Origin: a virus
Reading direction: 5' to 3' (one strand)
Length of the DNA: 64,000 bases
IMG/VR virus record: IMGVR_UViG_3300044832_000053
Location: 1 to 64,000 of that record
The translations under genes were made by a program, and so were the position numbers. Under the pieces are notes generated by a model. The model saw nothing but the letters and a program-made list of their open reading frames with translations. It was not told the DNA's origin and did no database searches. Each line of letters opens with the position of its first letter. Position 1 is the stretch's first letter. Positions 1 to 8,506 of this stretch are shown piece by piece.

Positions 1-878
1 TCAAGGCCAGCAAGGTCGATGACGTGGTCAACGACCGGCTGGCCAAGTTCCTGGCCATGCGCGCCGCCGATGACCGGCTGCACGCGACGATCAACACCTG
101 CCGGGCCCGGACCAGCCGGATGAGCGTCACCGATCCGTCGCTCCAGAACCTGGACCGGGACGAGACCGTGGTGCGCGGGGCGTTCATCCCTTCCCCGGGC
201 AATGTGTTCGTCACCGTGGACGCCGACCAGATCGAGGCCCGGCTCGGCGCGCACTTCTCCGGCGACCAGCGGATGATCGCCATGTTCGCGGAGGCTGACC
301 GGACCGGGATCGACTTCTTCCGCCAGATGGCCGCGCAAATCCACGGGACCACCATCGGAGACATGCCCAAGTCCGATCAGCGCCGTCAGGTGACCAAGAA
401 CGCTGCCTACTCCTGGCAGTTCGGGGCCGGGCTGGAGAAGATGGCGGTCACCGCAGGGGTGACCGTCGATCAGATGCGCCCGGTGCACTCCGGTCTCAAC
501 GTGCTCTACCCGGGCATCGGCGCGCTGATGAAGAAGCTGATCCGCCAGGGCCGGGCCAGCGGCGGGATGCCCTCCGTGGTCACCCCCACCGGGCGTCGGC
601 TGTTCTCCAGCCCCGGCAAGGAGTACACCCTGCTCAACACCCTGATCCAGGGACACGCCGGGGAAATCCTCAAGCAGGACGCGGTCAACCTGGACGCGGC
701 TGGCTATGGACCCTACATGCGCCTGTTCGTGCACGACGAGATCCTCTTCGAGTTCCCCCGCGAGCACGCTGAGCAGGCGCTGTCGGACATCACCCGTATC
801 CTGACCGACCGGGAGAACTACGCCGTCCCGATCACCTGGGGCGGGACGATCATGGAAGAGAGATGGGCAAAAGTCTGA
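1..878 (+). CDS. polA: Family A DNA polymerase, C-terminal part (5' end outside window)
   Basis: Motif A DADQIEAR, motif B RQVTKNAAYSWQFG, NTLIQG, motif C VHDE; frame open to window edge. Confidence 0.95.
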   Translation, partial: KASKVDDVVNDRLAKFLAMRAADDRLHATINTCRARTSRMSVTDPSLQNLDRDETVVRGAFIPSPGNVFVTVDADQIEARLGAHFSGDQRMIAMFAEADRTGIDFFRQMAAQIHGTTIGDMPKSDQRRQVTKNAAYSWQFGAGLEKMAVTAGVTVDQMRPVHSGLNVLYPGIGALMKKLIRQGRASGGMPSVVTPTGRRLFSSPGKEYTLLNTLIQGHAGEILKQDAVNLDAAGYGPYMRLFVHDEILFEFPREHAEQALSDITRILTDRENYAVPITWGGTIMEERWAKV

Positions 879-1333
879 TGCTGCCGCCAGCCGTGCTGTG
901 GCTCGATCCCGGGGGCATGACCGGGTTCGCCCTGCTGGAGCGGGGCAAGTTCAGCACCTACGAGCTGCCATTCCAGGAAACCGGCAACCGGATCTACGCC
1001 GAGTGCTCGATCTGGAAGACCGCACTGGCCATCGGCTGGGAGCGCTGGCGGATCAGCGAGGACACCCACAAGACCACGCCCGAGCCCGAGGCCATGCACG
1101 TCATCGGGGTGGCCAGGTGGCTGTCTGCGACCTGGCACTGCCAGGTGCTCCAGCCTGCCGCGCCCGGGGACCGCGACGTCGCCACCCCGGCGATGCTTCA
1201 CCTGATCGGCTGGTGGCGGCCGGGCCTGGACGACGCCCAGAGCGCCAGCCAGCACATGCTGGCATGGCTGCTTCGCACCGGGAACCTTCCGCCCGAGCAA
1301 GCGCGTATCCTGGCCGCAGCACGTCAACACTGA
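878..1333 (+). CDS. RuvC-like Holliday junction resolvase
   Basis: LWLDPGGMTG start, central E (WERW), C-terminal DDAQSA; TGATG coupling to polymerase. Confidence 0.75.
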   Translation: MLPPAVLWLDPGGMTGFALLERGKFSTYELPFQETGNRIYAECSIWKTALAIGWERWRISEDTHKTTPEPEAMHVIGVARWLSATWHCQVLQPAAPGDRDVATPAMLHLIGWWRPGLDDAQSASQHMLAWLLRTGNLPPEQARILAAARQH

Positions 1334-1359
1334 TCAAGATCGAGAAGGATGTCAACAAT

Positions 1360-1650
1360 ATGCGCACCGTGCACCGCTTTGTGATCACCGCCGATGACAC
1401 AGCCCAGCCAGCCATGCTGATGCCAGCCCGCGAGGGCGAGTTCCCGCTGGCGATCGGCAACGCCGAGATAGACCGGGTTGAGTTCTGGGCCGAGGTGGAC
1501 ACCACCCGGACCGTTCCGCGCTACTTCCAGATCTTCGGCACCGGCCACCCCGTTCCCGAGGGGTCCGCGAGGTATGCGGGCACCGCGCCGCGCAACCAGC
1601 AGGGCCTGGTGTGGCACCTGTTCGAGGTCCCGGAGCCCCGGCATGCCTGA
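1360..1650 (+). CDS. Conserved small phage protein (DUF7352-like)
   Basis: WAEVD...FGTGH...YAGT...LVWHLFE pattern; AAGGA RBS. Confidence 0.65.
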   Translation: MRTVHRFVITADDTAQPAMLMPAREGEFPLAIGNAEIDRVEFWAEVDTTRTVPRYFQIFGTGHPVPEGSARYAGTAPRNQQGLVWHLFEVPEPRHA

Positions 1651-1960
1651 GCGCTACCAGCGCAAGCCCGAGCCGCCGACGACGGACAAGCTCTACGTTG
1701 CCCAGTACCATGCGGGCACCGATCTTGCGGGAGTCCGCGAGGTCGCGGCCATGGCCTACGGGGGGGAAGCAGGCGAATGCGAGCTGCCGGAGACCGGGAA
1801 AGTCCTGCTGGCCCGCTACATCTACGTAGGTGATCACGGGTCGCACCCTGATTATGCGGTGGTCCGGGACGGGAAGTTCCTGTGCTACAGCGAGAAGCAC
1901 GGGAACCTGACCGAGGACAGCCAGCCGGACCTTGATCACTTCTATGAGCGGGCTGACTGA
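1643..1960 (+). CDS. Hypothetical protein
   Basis: Overlaps both neighbours; GC3-rich codons. Confidence 0.6.
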   Translation: MPERYQRKPEPPTTDKLYVAQYHAGTDLAGVREVAAMAYGGEAGECELPETGKVLLARYIYVGDHGSHPDYAVVRDGKFLCYSEKHGNLTEDSQPDLDHFYERAD

Positions 1961-3825
1961 TGACCTGGGCCGAGATCCTGGCTGAGGACACCGAGCACAT
2001 CATCATCGGCGCGGAGATGGCCGAGCACCACCTGGCCCAGCAGCTCCCGGGCTGTAATTACAGCAAGGAGCGCAACACCTGGAAGGCCCCGCTGTCCTGG
2101 GCTACCTACGTGTCCATGCAGACCCTGTGGGCTGCCCAGGGCATCGAGCTGGGCCCGAACCTGACTGGATGGGCCTGGGACGCCTGGAAGCGCGTGGAGC
2201 GCGCCTACGAGCAGCGGGCTGCACTGGATGAGTCGGCCGCGCCCGAGCCGCTGCGCAGCCAGCTCATGGCCCTGGAGGAGGGCAGCGTCAAGAAGCTGTA
2301 CCCGCCGCAGCGCGGGGGCGCGGTCTGGCTGGCGATGAACCGGGCGGTGATCCTCAACGACCCCCAGGGCGGGGGCAAGACCCCGCAGGTGATCCGGGCC
2401 ATCCAGCTCCTGCATGCCTATGGCTCGGCCTGCCCGGCACTGATCATCGGCACCGTCTCGGCGCTGCGCGGCTGGGAGAAGGAGCTATCCGACTGGGCTC
2501 CTGAGCTGTCGGTGCGGATCATCGAGGGCAGCGCGGCGCGGAGGCGCAAGCTCCTGGTGGACGAGCCGCCCGCCGACGTGACCCTGATCTCCTGGGCCAG
2601 CGCCAGGGCCCACTCGCGCCTGGCCTCCTTCCCGGGCGTCCGGTTCAAGCGGTGCACCGCGTGCGGCGGCACCGATGAGCAGGTCAAGCCGGGCTCGTGC
2701 CAGGTGCACCGCAAGGAGCTGAACGAGATCCCCTGGGTGACGGTGGTCGCGGACGAGGCCCACCGGCTGGGCAACGCCAAGAGCCAGCAGACCCGCGCGG
2801 TGTGGTGGCTGATGCACGAGGCACGTAACCGCTGGCCGGTCACCGGCACCCTGATCGCGGACAACATCGGCAACTTCTGGCCGATCGGCCGGGCCCTGGA
2901 CCCGGCGAGTTTCCCGGCCAAGAGCCGTTACCTGGACCTGTTCGCGATCAAGAACTACTCCTTCAACGGCGGCACCGAGATCCTGGACATCCGCCCGGAC
3001 ACCGCCCCGGCGTTCCATGCTTTCGTGCAGCCGCTGATCCGGCGCATTCCCCGGGAGATCGCACTGCCGTGGCTGCCGAAGAGGATGCCGCCGGTCTTCC
3101 GCTACCCGGAGATGACCCCGAAGCAGAAGACCGCCTACAGCCAGCTCGCGAAAGAAGCGCTGGCTGACCTGGAGATGGCTGACACCGCCGGGAACACCAT
3201 GATCCCGGCCAACACCGTGGTCAGGTTCGGGCGGCTGTGCCAGCTCGCGGGCTCCATGATCGAGCTGGCCGAGGGCGAGGATGCAGAAGGGTTCACCCGC
3301 CAGGACGTCCGGCTGGTGCTCCCTTCATCGAAGGTCGATGACCTGGTCGAATTCCTGGAGGACAACCCAGGCCCCCTGGTCGTGGCAGCCAACTCACCCA
3401 GGCTGGTCGAGCTGGCCGAGCACAAGTTCGCCCTGGAGAAGATCACCAGCGCGAAAATCACCGGGGACATGCCCGGGATGGCCCGTGAGCAGGCCATCGA
3501 GAACTTCCAGGCGGGCCGGGTGCGGGTCATCTTCATCACCAGCGCGGGCGGGGAATCGATCACGCTGACCGCCGCCAACACGATCTACTTCCTCCAGCCT
3601 GACCCCAGCTTCCTGGGCCGCGAGCAGAAAATCAGCCGGGTGGACCGGATCGGGTCGGAAATCCACGACTCCATCCGGGTCGTGCACGCGATCACCCCGG
3701 GCACCGTGGAGGAGCGGCTCTACCAGCTCGGCACCGAGAAGGAGGAGCGGGCGAACAGCCTGACCAACGACCGGCAGTTGATGTTCTGGCTGATCGCGGG
3801 CGGCGAGCGGGCGGCGACCACGTGA
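1960..3825 (+). CDS. SNF2-family (SF2) DNA helicase
   Basis: Walker A GGGKT, DEAH, TGT motif III, GGESITLT, QKISRVDRIG motif VI. Confidence 0.92.
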   Translation: MTWAEILAEDTEHIIIGAEMAEHHLAQQLPGCNYSKERNTWKAPLSWATYVSMQTLWAAQGIELGPNLTGWAWDAWKRVERAYEQRAALDESAAPEPLRSQLMALEEGSVKKLYPPQRGGAVWLAMNRAVILNDPQGGGKTPQVIRAIQLLHAYGSACPALIIGTVSALRGWEKELSDWAPELSVRIIEGSAARRRKLLVDEPPADVTLISWASARAHSRLASFPGVRFKRCTACGGTDEQVKPGSCQVHRKELNEIPWVTVVADEAHRLGNAKSQQTRAVWWLMHEARNRWPVTGTLIADNIGNFWPIGRALDPASFPAKSRYLDLFAIKNYSFNGGTEILDIRPDTAPAFHAFVQPLIRRIPREIALPWLPKRMPPVFRYPEMTPKQKTAYSQLAKEALADLEMADTAGNTMIPANTVVRFGRLCQLAGSMIELAEGEDAEGFTRQDVRLVLPSSKVDDLVEFLEDNPGPLVVAANSPRLVELAEHKFALEKITSAKITGDMPGMAREQAIENFQAGRVRVIFITSAGGESITLTAANTIYFLQPDPSFLGREQKISRVDRIGSEIHDSIRVVHAITPGTVEERLYQLGTEKEERANSLTNDRQLMFWLIAGGERAATT

Positions 3826-4307
3826 GCGGGCCGGTGATCGACAGATTCACGGGTGAGTACCACTTCCTGTCCAACTTCGCTGCCACCCCGTTCGAGATGC
3901 CCGGGATGGCGGGCGGCCTGGTCTGGCCGACCGCCGAGCACTGCTACCAGGCGGCAAAGTCCCCGACGCTGACCGGGATGGAGATGATCCGCAACGCCCC
4001 CACGCCAGCCGCAGCCAAGGGGATGGGCCGGGCCGCTGAGCTGCCCGCTGGCTGGGACCGGGTGAAGAAGACGGTCATGATGCAGATAATTCTGGCCAAG
4101 TTCAGCCGCAACCCGGAGCTGACCGCGATGCTCTGCGCGACCCGGGGCCGGGAGCTGATTGAGGGCAACACCTGGGGCGACGACTACTGGGGCGCGGTCC
4201 AGGGCGGGGCACCGCCGATGTGGCACTGGGGCCATGGCTGGTACGGGAACAACTGGCTCGGCCGGATTCTGATGATGGCCCGCGACGTCATGGACCCGCT
4301 GGCATGA
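3822..4307 (+). CDS. NADAR (YbiA-like) family hydrolase
   Basis: FLSNF, WPTAEHCYQAAK, AKF..NPEL, LIEGNTWGDDYWG, GNNWLGRILM. Confidence 0.92.
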   Translation: MSGPVIDRFTGEYHFLSNFAATPFEMPGMAGGLVWPTAEHCYQAAKSPTLTGMEMIRNAPTPAAAKGMGRAAELPAGWDRVKKTVMMQIILAKFSRNPELTAMLCATRGRELIEGNTWGDDYWGAVQGGAPPMWHWGHGWYGNNWLGRILMMARDVMDPLA

Positions 4308-4519
4308 GCAGCGGATACCTGCTGGTAATCAGGCTGTCCCGGCCGTTCTCCGGCACCGAGATCGTGGAGGAGGCCGGGCTGATCACCATCCCGTTCGCGG
4401 ACGAGGAGTCGGCTGCGGCGGCGATGCACACGACCAGGCTGTCGGTGGAGGCTGCTAGACCTCTGACTATCCCCGGCGAAGTGGTGAGGGAAGAAGATCA
4501 TGATCCAGGAAGGCAGTGA
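4304..4519 (+). CDS. Hypothetical protein
   Basis: ATGA overlap with NADAR stop. Confidence 0.45.
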   Translation: MSSGYLLVIRLSRPFSGTEIVEEAGLITIPFADEESAAAAMHTTRLSVEAARPLTIPGEVVREEDHDPGRQ

Positions 4520-5525
4520 CCTGATCCAGGTCAGCAACAGCGAGATCAGCACCTGGCAGCGGTGCCGCCGCAAGTGGTTCGTCCTGTACTACCTGTGCTT
4601 CGCGCCAGCCGGGGAGAGCCCGGTCTCGAACATGGCCCTGGGCAGCCGGGTGCACCTGGGCCTGGAGGGCTTCTACGGCTACGGCCTTGACCCGGTGACC
4701 GTGCTGCGGGTGGTCTACGCGGCCGAGCGCCAGGCGCACCCCGACTACGACGCTGAGCTGGCCGCTGAGGAAGACCTGGCCCTGGCCATGGTGAGCGGCT
4801 ACCCGGACTGGCTGTCCGAGACCGGGTCAGACGCCGGGCTGGAGGTGATCGGCACCGAGACCGAGGTGACCGTGGGCCTGCCCACGCTGCCCGGCGTGGT
4901 GCTGCGCTGCCGCCTCGATCAGCTAGCCAGGCGTGCTGCTGACGGGTCGGTGCTGTTCATGGATTACAAGACGGCGGCCAACTTCGAGCGGCACGAGATG
5001 CTGCGGATGGACCCGCAGATGAAGACCTACCAGGTGGCCCAGCACCTGGACGCGGCGCGGCGCACCGCCGCCGGGGAGGCCGATGTCCCGGTGGTCTCCG
5101 GCGGGCTGATCACTACGCTACGCCGGGTGAAGCGCTCGGCCAAGGCCGTGCCGCCGTTCTACGACCGGACCCCGGTCTTCATGTTCAACCCGGACGAGGC
5201 CCGATCGACGTACCTGAGAATTGTGGGGGTAGCCCGTGAGATAGTGGCGGCCCGGCGTGCGCTCGATGCGATCTACGAGGAGCAGGGAGGTGCCCTGGCC
5301 GCGATCAATGACCAGCAGCGGGAGTTCCTGTACCCGACCCAGATCATCGACCGATGCAAGTGGGACTGCCCCCTGGCGGGGGGCACCTGCCCGGCCATGG
5401 ACGATGGCAGCGACTGGCCGGGTATCCTCACCAGCAGCGGGCGGTTCATGCAGGTCGATCCCTACAGCCATTACCGGGACCAGACCGTCCAGACGATCAA
5501 AGATCAACTGGAGAAGATCAGGTGA
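4500..5525 (+). CDS. Cas4/RecB-like PD-(D/E)XK exonuclease
   Basis: SNSEISTWQRC, GSRVH, RLD, DYKT, QMKTY, C-terminal CKWDCP...C. Confidence 0.88.
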   Translation: MIQEGSDLIQVSNSEISTWQRCRRKWFVLYYLCFAPAGESPVSNMALGSRVHLGLEGFYGYGLDPVTVLRVVYAAERQAHPDYDAELAAEEDLALAMVSGYPDWLSETGSDAGLEVIGTETEVTVGLPTLPGVVLRCRLDQLARRAADGSVLFMDYKTAANFERHEMLRMDPQMKTYQVAQHLDAARRTAAGEADVPVVSGGLITTLRRVKRSAKAVPPFYDRTPVFMFNPDEARSTYLRIVGVAREIVAARRALDAIYEEQGGALAAINDQQREFLYPTQIIDRCKWDCPLAGGTCPAMDDGSDWPGILTSSGRFMQVDPYSHYRDQTVQTIKDQLEKIR

Positions 5526-6355
5526 TGATCCAGCCTTACGCACCCCAGCAGGTCGTTCCTGGCCTGTATCTCCCGCCTGCGCCGGTTTACGTTCCCGCGC
5601 TCCCTCAGGGTCTTTCCTTCCTGATCCATGGCGGGGCTAAGGCGGGTAAGTCCAGCCTGGGCGACACCGTGCCCGCTCCCCGGCTGATCCTGGACGTCGA
5701 GGGAGGCTCCCGGTTCACCCACTCCCGCAAGCGCTACTGGGACCCATCCCGCGAGGGCGTCCCACAGCAGGGCCAGCACCTGACCGCCGGGTATGGCCAG
5801 CCGTCGGTCACCCCGGACTGGGAGAGCGCCATTGTGATGGTGCGCGAGGCCAGGCAGGTGGACGCGGTCTACCGCATCATGAACTCCGGCCAGCACCCAT
5901 TCAACGGGCTCACCATGGACAGCCACACCGAAGTGCAGCAGCGGATGATGGACGACCTGGCCGGTGGCCAGCAGCTCAGCCGGGACAACTGGGGCGCGCT
6001 GCTGCGCAAGATGAACAACATGACCCGGCAGTTCCGGGACCTGATCACCCACCCGGTGAAGCCGATCTGGGGGATGTGCTTCATCACCGGCTCCCACCTG
6101 GACAGCCGCACCAGCCGCTGGCGGCCGATGCTCCAGGGGCAGACGGCGGACTACCTGCCTTATTACGTGGACGTGCTCGGGTACATCTCCCCGGCCCCCG
6201 ACGGCACGCGCCATCTGCTGATCGGACCGCACCAGCAGTACGAGACCGGCGAGCGGATCGGCGGACGGCTGCCGATGTCCATGCAGCTCGCCTACCCGCA
6301 GTACGGAATCCCCGGATACGACATCAGCAACATGATCACCCAGGTGATCGGTTAG
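5525..6355 (+). CDS. Sak4-like (AAA_24) ATPase / recombinase
   Basis: Walker A GGAKAGKS, LILDVEGG, MDSHTE; sits between exonuclease and DUF669-like gene. Confidence 0.8.
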   Translation: MIQPYAPQQVVPGLYLPPAPVYVPALPQGLSFLIHGGAKAGKSSLGDTVPAPRLILDVEGGSRFTHSRKRYWDPSREGVPQQGQHLTAGYGQPSVTPDWESAIVMVREARQVDAVYRIMNSGQHPFNGLTMDSHTEVQQRMMDDLAGGQQLSRDNWGALLRKMNNMTRQFRDLITHPVKPIWGMCFITGSHLDSRTSRWRPMLQGQTADYLPYYVDVLGYISPAPDGTRHLLIGPHQQYETGERIGGRLPMSMQLAYPQYGIPGYDISNMITQVIG

Positions 6356-6366
6356 GAGCACGGATC

Positions 6367-7455
6367 GTGACCCAGTACGACTTCAACACCCTGTACGGGG
6401 CTGCTGACCACTCGATGCAGCTCTATGACAAGGGCACCTACGACGCCGTGGTCACCGAGGCCACCTGGGGCCGGACCCAGGACGGCGCGAAGGGCCAGTG
6501 GAGCCAGAAGTTCACCTTCACCACCGGCCCGTACGCGGGCAAGACCCAGAAGAACACCATCACCGTGAGCCCGGACAGTGACAAGGCGCTGGGGATCATG
6601 TTCCGCGAGATGGACGCCATGCAGGTCCCCTGGCAGCAGTGCTCCAGCGAGGAGCAGATGGCCCAGTACATGATCGGCAAGCCGGTCCAGCTCCAGATCA
6701 TCCACGACACCTACAACGACATCACCCGGTCCAAGGTCGGCGCGATCCGGCCGCCGCGCCCGGGAGCCCCGACGCAGGCCCCGCCGCCCCAGCAGCAGAA
6801 CGGGATGGCCCAGGGCTACCCGGGCCAGGCGCAGCCTCAGTACGGCCAGCCGCAGGGTTCGGCGTATGGCCCGCAGCAGGGGCAGTGGGGCCAGGCTCAG
6901 GGCGGCTACCCGCAGTACCCGCCACAGCCACAGCAGCCCATGGCCCCGACGCCCTACCAGCAGGCGACCGGCCAGGCCCAGCCGCCCCAGCAGCAGTGGC
7001 AGAGCCCGGCTGGCCAGGCCCAGCCGCCGCAGCAGGCCCCGCCGCCTGCCAACCCGGCCGCACCGCCGTGGGCCCAGCCGCCGACGCCCGGCCAGGGCGG
7101 CCAGGGCGAGTTCACCCAGCAGGGCCAGTCCTACCAGCCCAACATCATGGGCTCGCAGGGCGGACCGCAGCAGCCAGCCGGTACGCAGCCCCAGCCGCCC
7201 GCCAGCGCGCCACAGCCGCCGTGGGGTACCCAGCAGCCCGGCCAGGCCCCGCAGTGGCAGCAGGGGGCTCCTCCGGCCGCTCCGCCGGGTGCCCCGGGCC
7301 AGCCGCCCGCTGGCCCGTGGACTCCGCAGCAGGCCGCGCCGAACGGGTACCCGCAGCAGCCCCAGGGTCAGCAGCCCCAGCAGGGTCAGCCTCAGCAGGC
7401 CCCGCCGCAGCAGGGTCAGGTGCCCCCGCCGCCGCAGCCGCCCTGGGCCCAGTGA
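6367..7455 (+). CDS. DUF669-like putative ssDNA-binding protein with long Gln/Pro/Gly-rich C-terminal tail
   Basis: GTYDAVV...F...GPYAGK N-terminal domain; AGGAG RBS before GTG; ~230-aa low-complexity tail. Confidence 0.75.
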   Translation: MTQYDFNTLYGAADHSMQLYDKGTYDAVVTEATWGRTQDGAKGQWSQKFTFTTGPYAGKTQKNTITVSPDSDKALGIMFREMDAMQVPWQQCSSEEQMAQYMIGKPVQLQIIHDTYNDITRSKVGAIRPPRPGAPTQAPPPQQQNGMAQGYPGQAQPQYGQPQGSAYGPQQGQWGQAQGGYPQYPPQPQQPMAPTPYQQATGQAQPPQQQWQSPAGQAQPPQQAPPPANPAAPPWAQPPTPGQGGQGEFTQQGQSYQPNIMGSQGGPQQPAGTQPQPPASAPQPPWGTQQPGQAPQWQQGAPPAAPPGAPGQPPAGPWTPQQAAPNGYPQQPQGQQPQQGQPQQAPPQQGQVPPPPQPPWAQ

Positions 7456-7461
7456 GAACGT

Positions 7462-7495
7462 GCCCCCCGGCTTGATATGCGCTCGGCCGGGGGGC
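7462..7495 (+). terminator. GC-rich hairpin after DUF669-like gene
   Basis: GCCCCCCGGC / GCCGGGGGGC 10-bp stem; no U-tract. Confidence 0.5.
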
Positions 7496-7503
7496 GCTCA
7501 GAA

Positions 7504-7617
7504 GTACCCGGGGCTGGGCAGTCGGGTGAGGGACCTGACCTTTGCACCGGCATCCAGCTCCACGGGGATGCGCGCAGCAGATACACAGGTGAAGCTCCGT
7601 AACCCGGCCCCGGGTAC
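7504..7617 (+). ncRNA. Candidate rod-shaped structured RNA
   Basis: 15-bp closing stem with one G-U pair, plus nested helices ACCTG/CAGGT and GCATCC/GGATGC; intergenic. Confidence 0.4.
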
Positions 7618-7660
7618 CCGCAGGTAAAGATCCAACCCAGTGAAGGGAATGACCCGAATC

Positions 7661-8359
7661 ATGCCAACCGCTATTCAGGAGACCCCGGTCACCGGCCTGC
7701 CCGGCCGCACCCCCCGGGAGAGCATCGAGGCCCCCCTGACCGGGGGCCGTGAGATCGAGCCCGCGCTGCTGCTGGACGTCTCCAGCTCCAACGAGGAGGC
7801 CGCTGGCCCGGACAGCGACATGACCAAGCACCAGCTCGTTGAGGTGGCGCTGCCGCTGCTGGTCGGCTCGATGGAGGGCGACGACAGCCAGGCGAAGAAC
7901 GAGGAATCTGGCGGCGGCGTGCGTGGTTTCGCGTTCTCCGACCGGAACGCTGCCCAGGATCTGGATGACCTGAACACCGCCCGGATCAAGGAGCAGCTCA
8001 AGGCCATCCGCTGGGGTGGCATGACCTACGCCATGGATGCGGTCAGGATGGCCGAGGCCGCCTACCAGGAGGAGTTCGGGGACCGCCCGCTGCGCAACCG
8101 GCCCGCCCTGGAGCTGGCGATCCTGACCGACGGCATGCTCAACGATGCCGACGAGTTCGAGGCATGGGTCGCCCAGGCTGACGAGACCTGCGTGATCTGC
8201 GCGGCGATCATCGGTTACGGCACCGGCCACGACCGGGCGGTGGAGCACTACCAGAAGATCGCCAAGGGCAACAAGTTCGTGACGGTGGACGCGCTGACCG
8301 GCGTGTCCGACCCGACCGAGATCGCGTTCGACCTGCGCCTGCTGATGGGCCTGGCCTGA
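7661..8359 (+). CDS. Stand-alone vWA (MIDAS) domain protein
   Basis: LLLDVSSS (DxSxS), GGMT, ILTDG. Confidence 0.8.
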   Translation: MPTAIQETPVTGLPGRTPRESIEAPLTGGREIEPALLLDVSSSNEEAAGPDSDMTKHQLVEVALPLLVGSMEGDDSQAKNEESGGGVRGFAFSDRNAAQDLDDLNTARIKEQLKAIRWGGMTYAMDAVRMAEAAYQEEFGDRPLRNRPALELAILTDGMLNDADEFEAWVAQADETCVICAAIIGYGTGHDRAVEHYQKIAKGNKFVTVDALTGVSDPTEIAFDLRLLMGLA

Positions 8360-8365
8360 TAGCTC

Positions 8366-8415
8366 CCCCTGGCGCGGGGCGCATCCAGAAGTGCGAGTCA
8401 CACCCGCGCCAGGGG
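8366..8415 (+). terminator. Hairpin after vWA gene
   Basis: CCCCTGGCGCGGG / CCCGCGCCAGGGG 13-bp stem. Confidence 0.55.
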
Positions 8416-8438
8416 TCCCGGCCCCGGGGGGGAACATT

Positions 8439-8470
8439 TCTGTTGACATCCTTGTTGGAAGGAGTAGCCT
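8439..8470 (+). promoter_or_regulatory. Putative sigma70-type promoter containing the repeated TGTTGACATCCTT motif
   Basis: TTGACA (8443) -16 bp- TAGCCT (8465). Confidence 0.55.
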
Positions 8471-8506
8471 GGTAAACAGGCACCAAGATCAAGATCAAGG
8501 AGAATC

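Noticed and set aside
1-878. DpoZ polymerase / 2-aminoadenine DNA
   Set aside because: No purZ or other base-modification genes in the window; only part of the polymerase is visible
4500-5525. Cas4-like gene as sign of CRISPR-Cas
   Set aside because: No array or other cas genes; context is the usual exonuclease-Sak4-SSB recombination module
7504-7617. tRNA, SRP RNA or Y RNA identity
   Set aside because: No cloverleaf or T-loop, no SRP domain IV motif, and no TROVE gene seen
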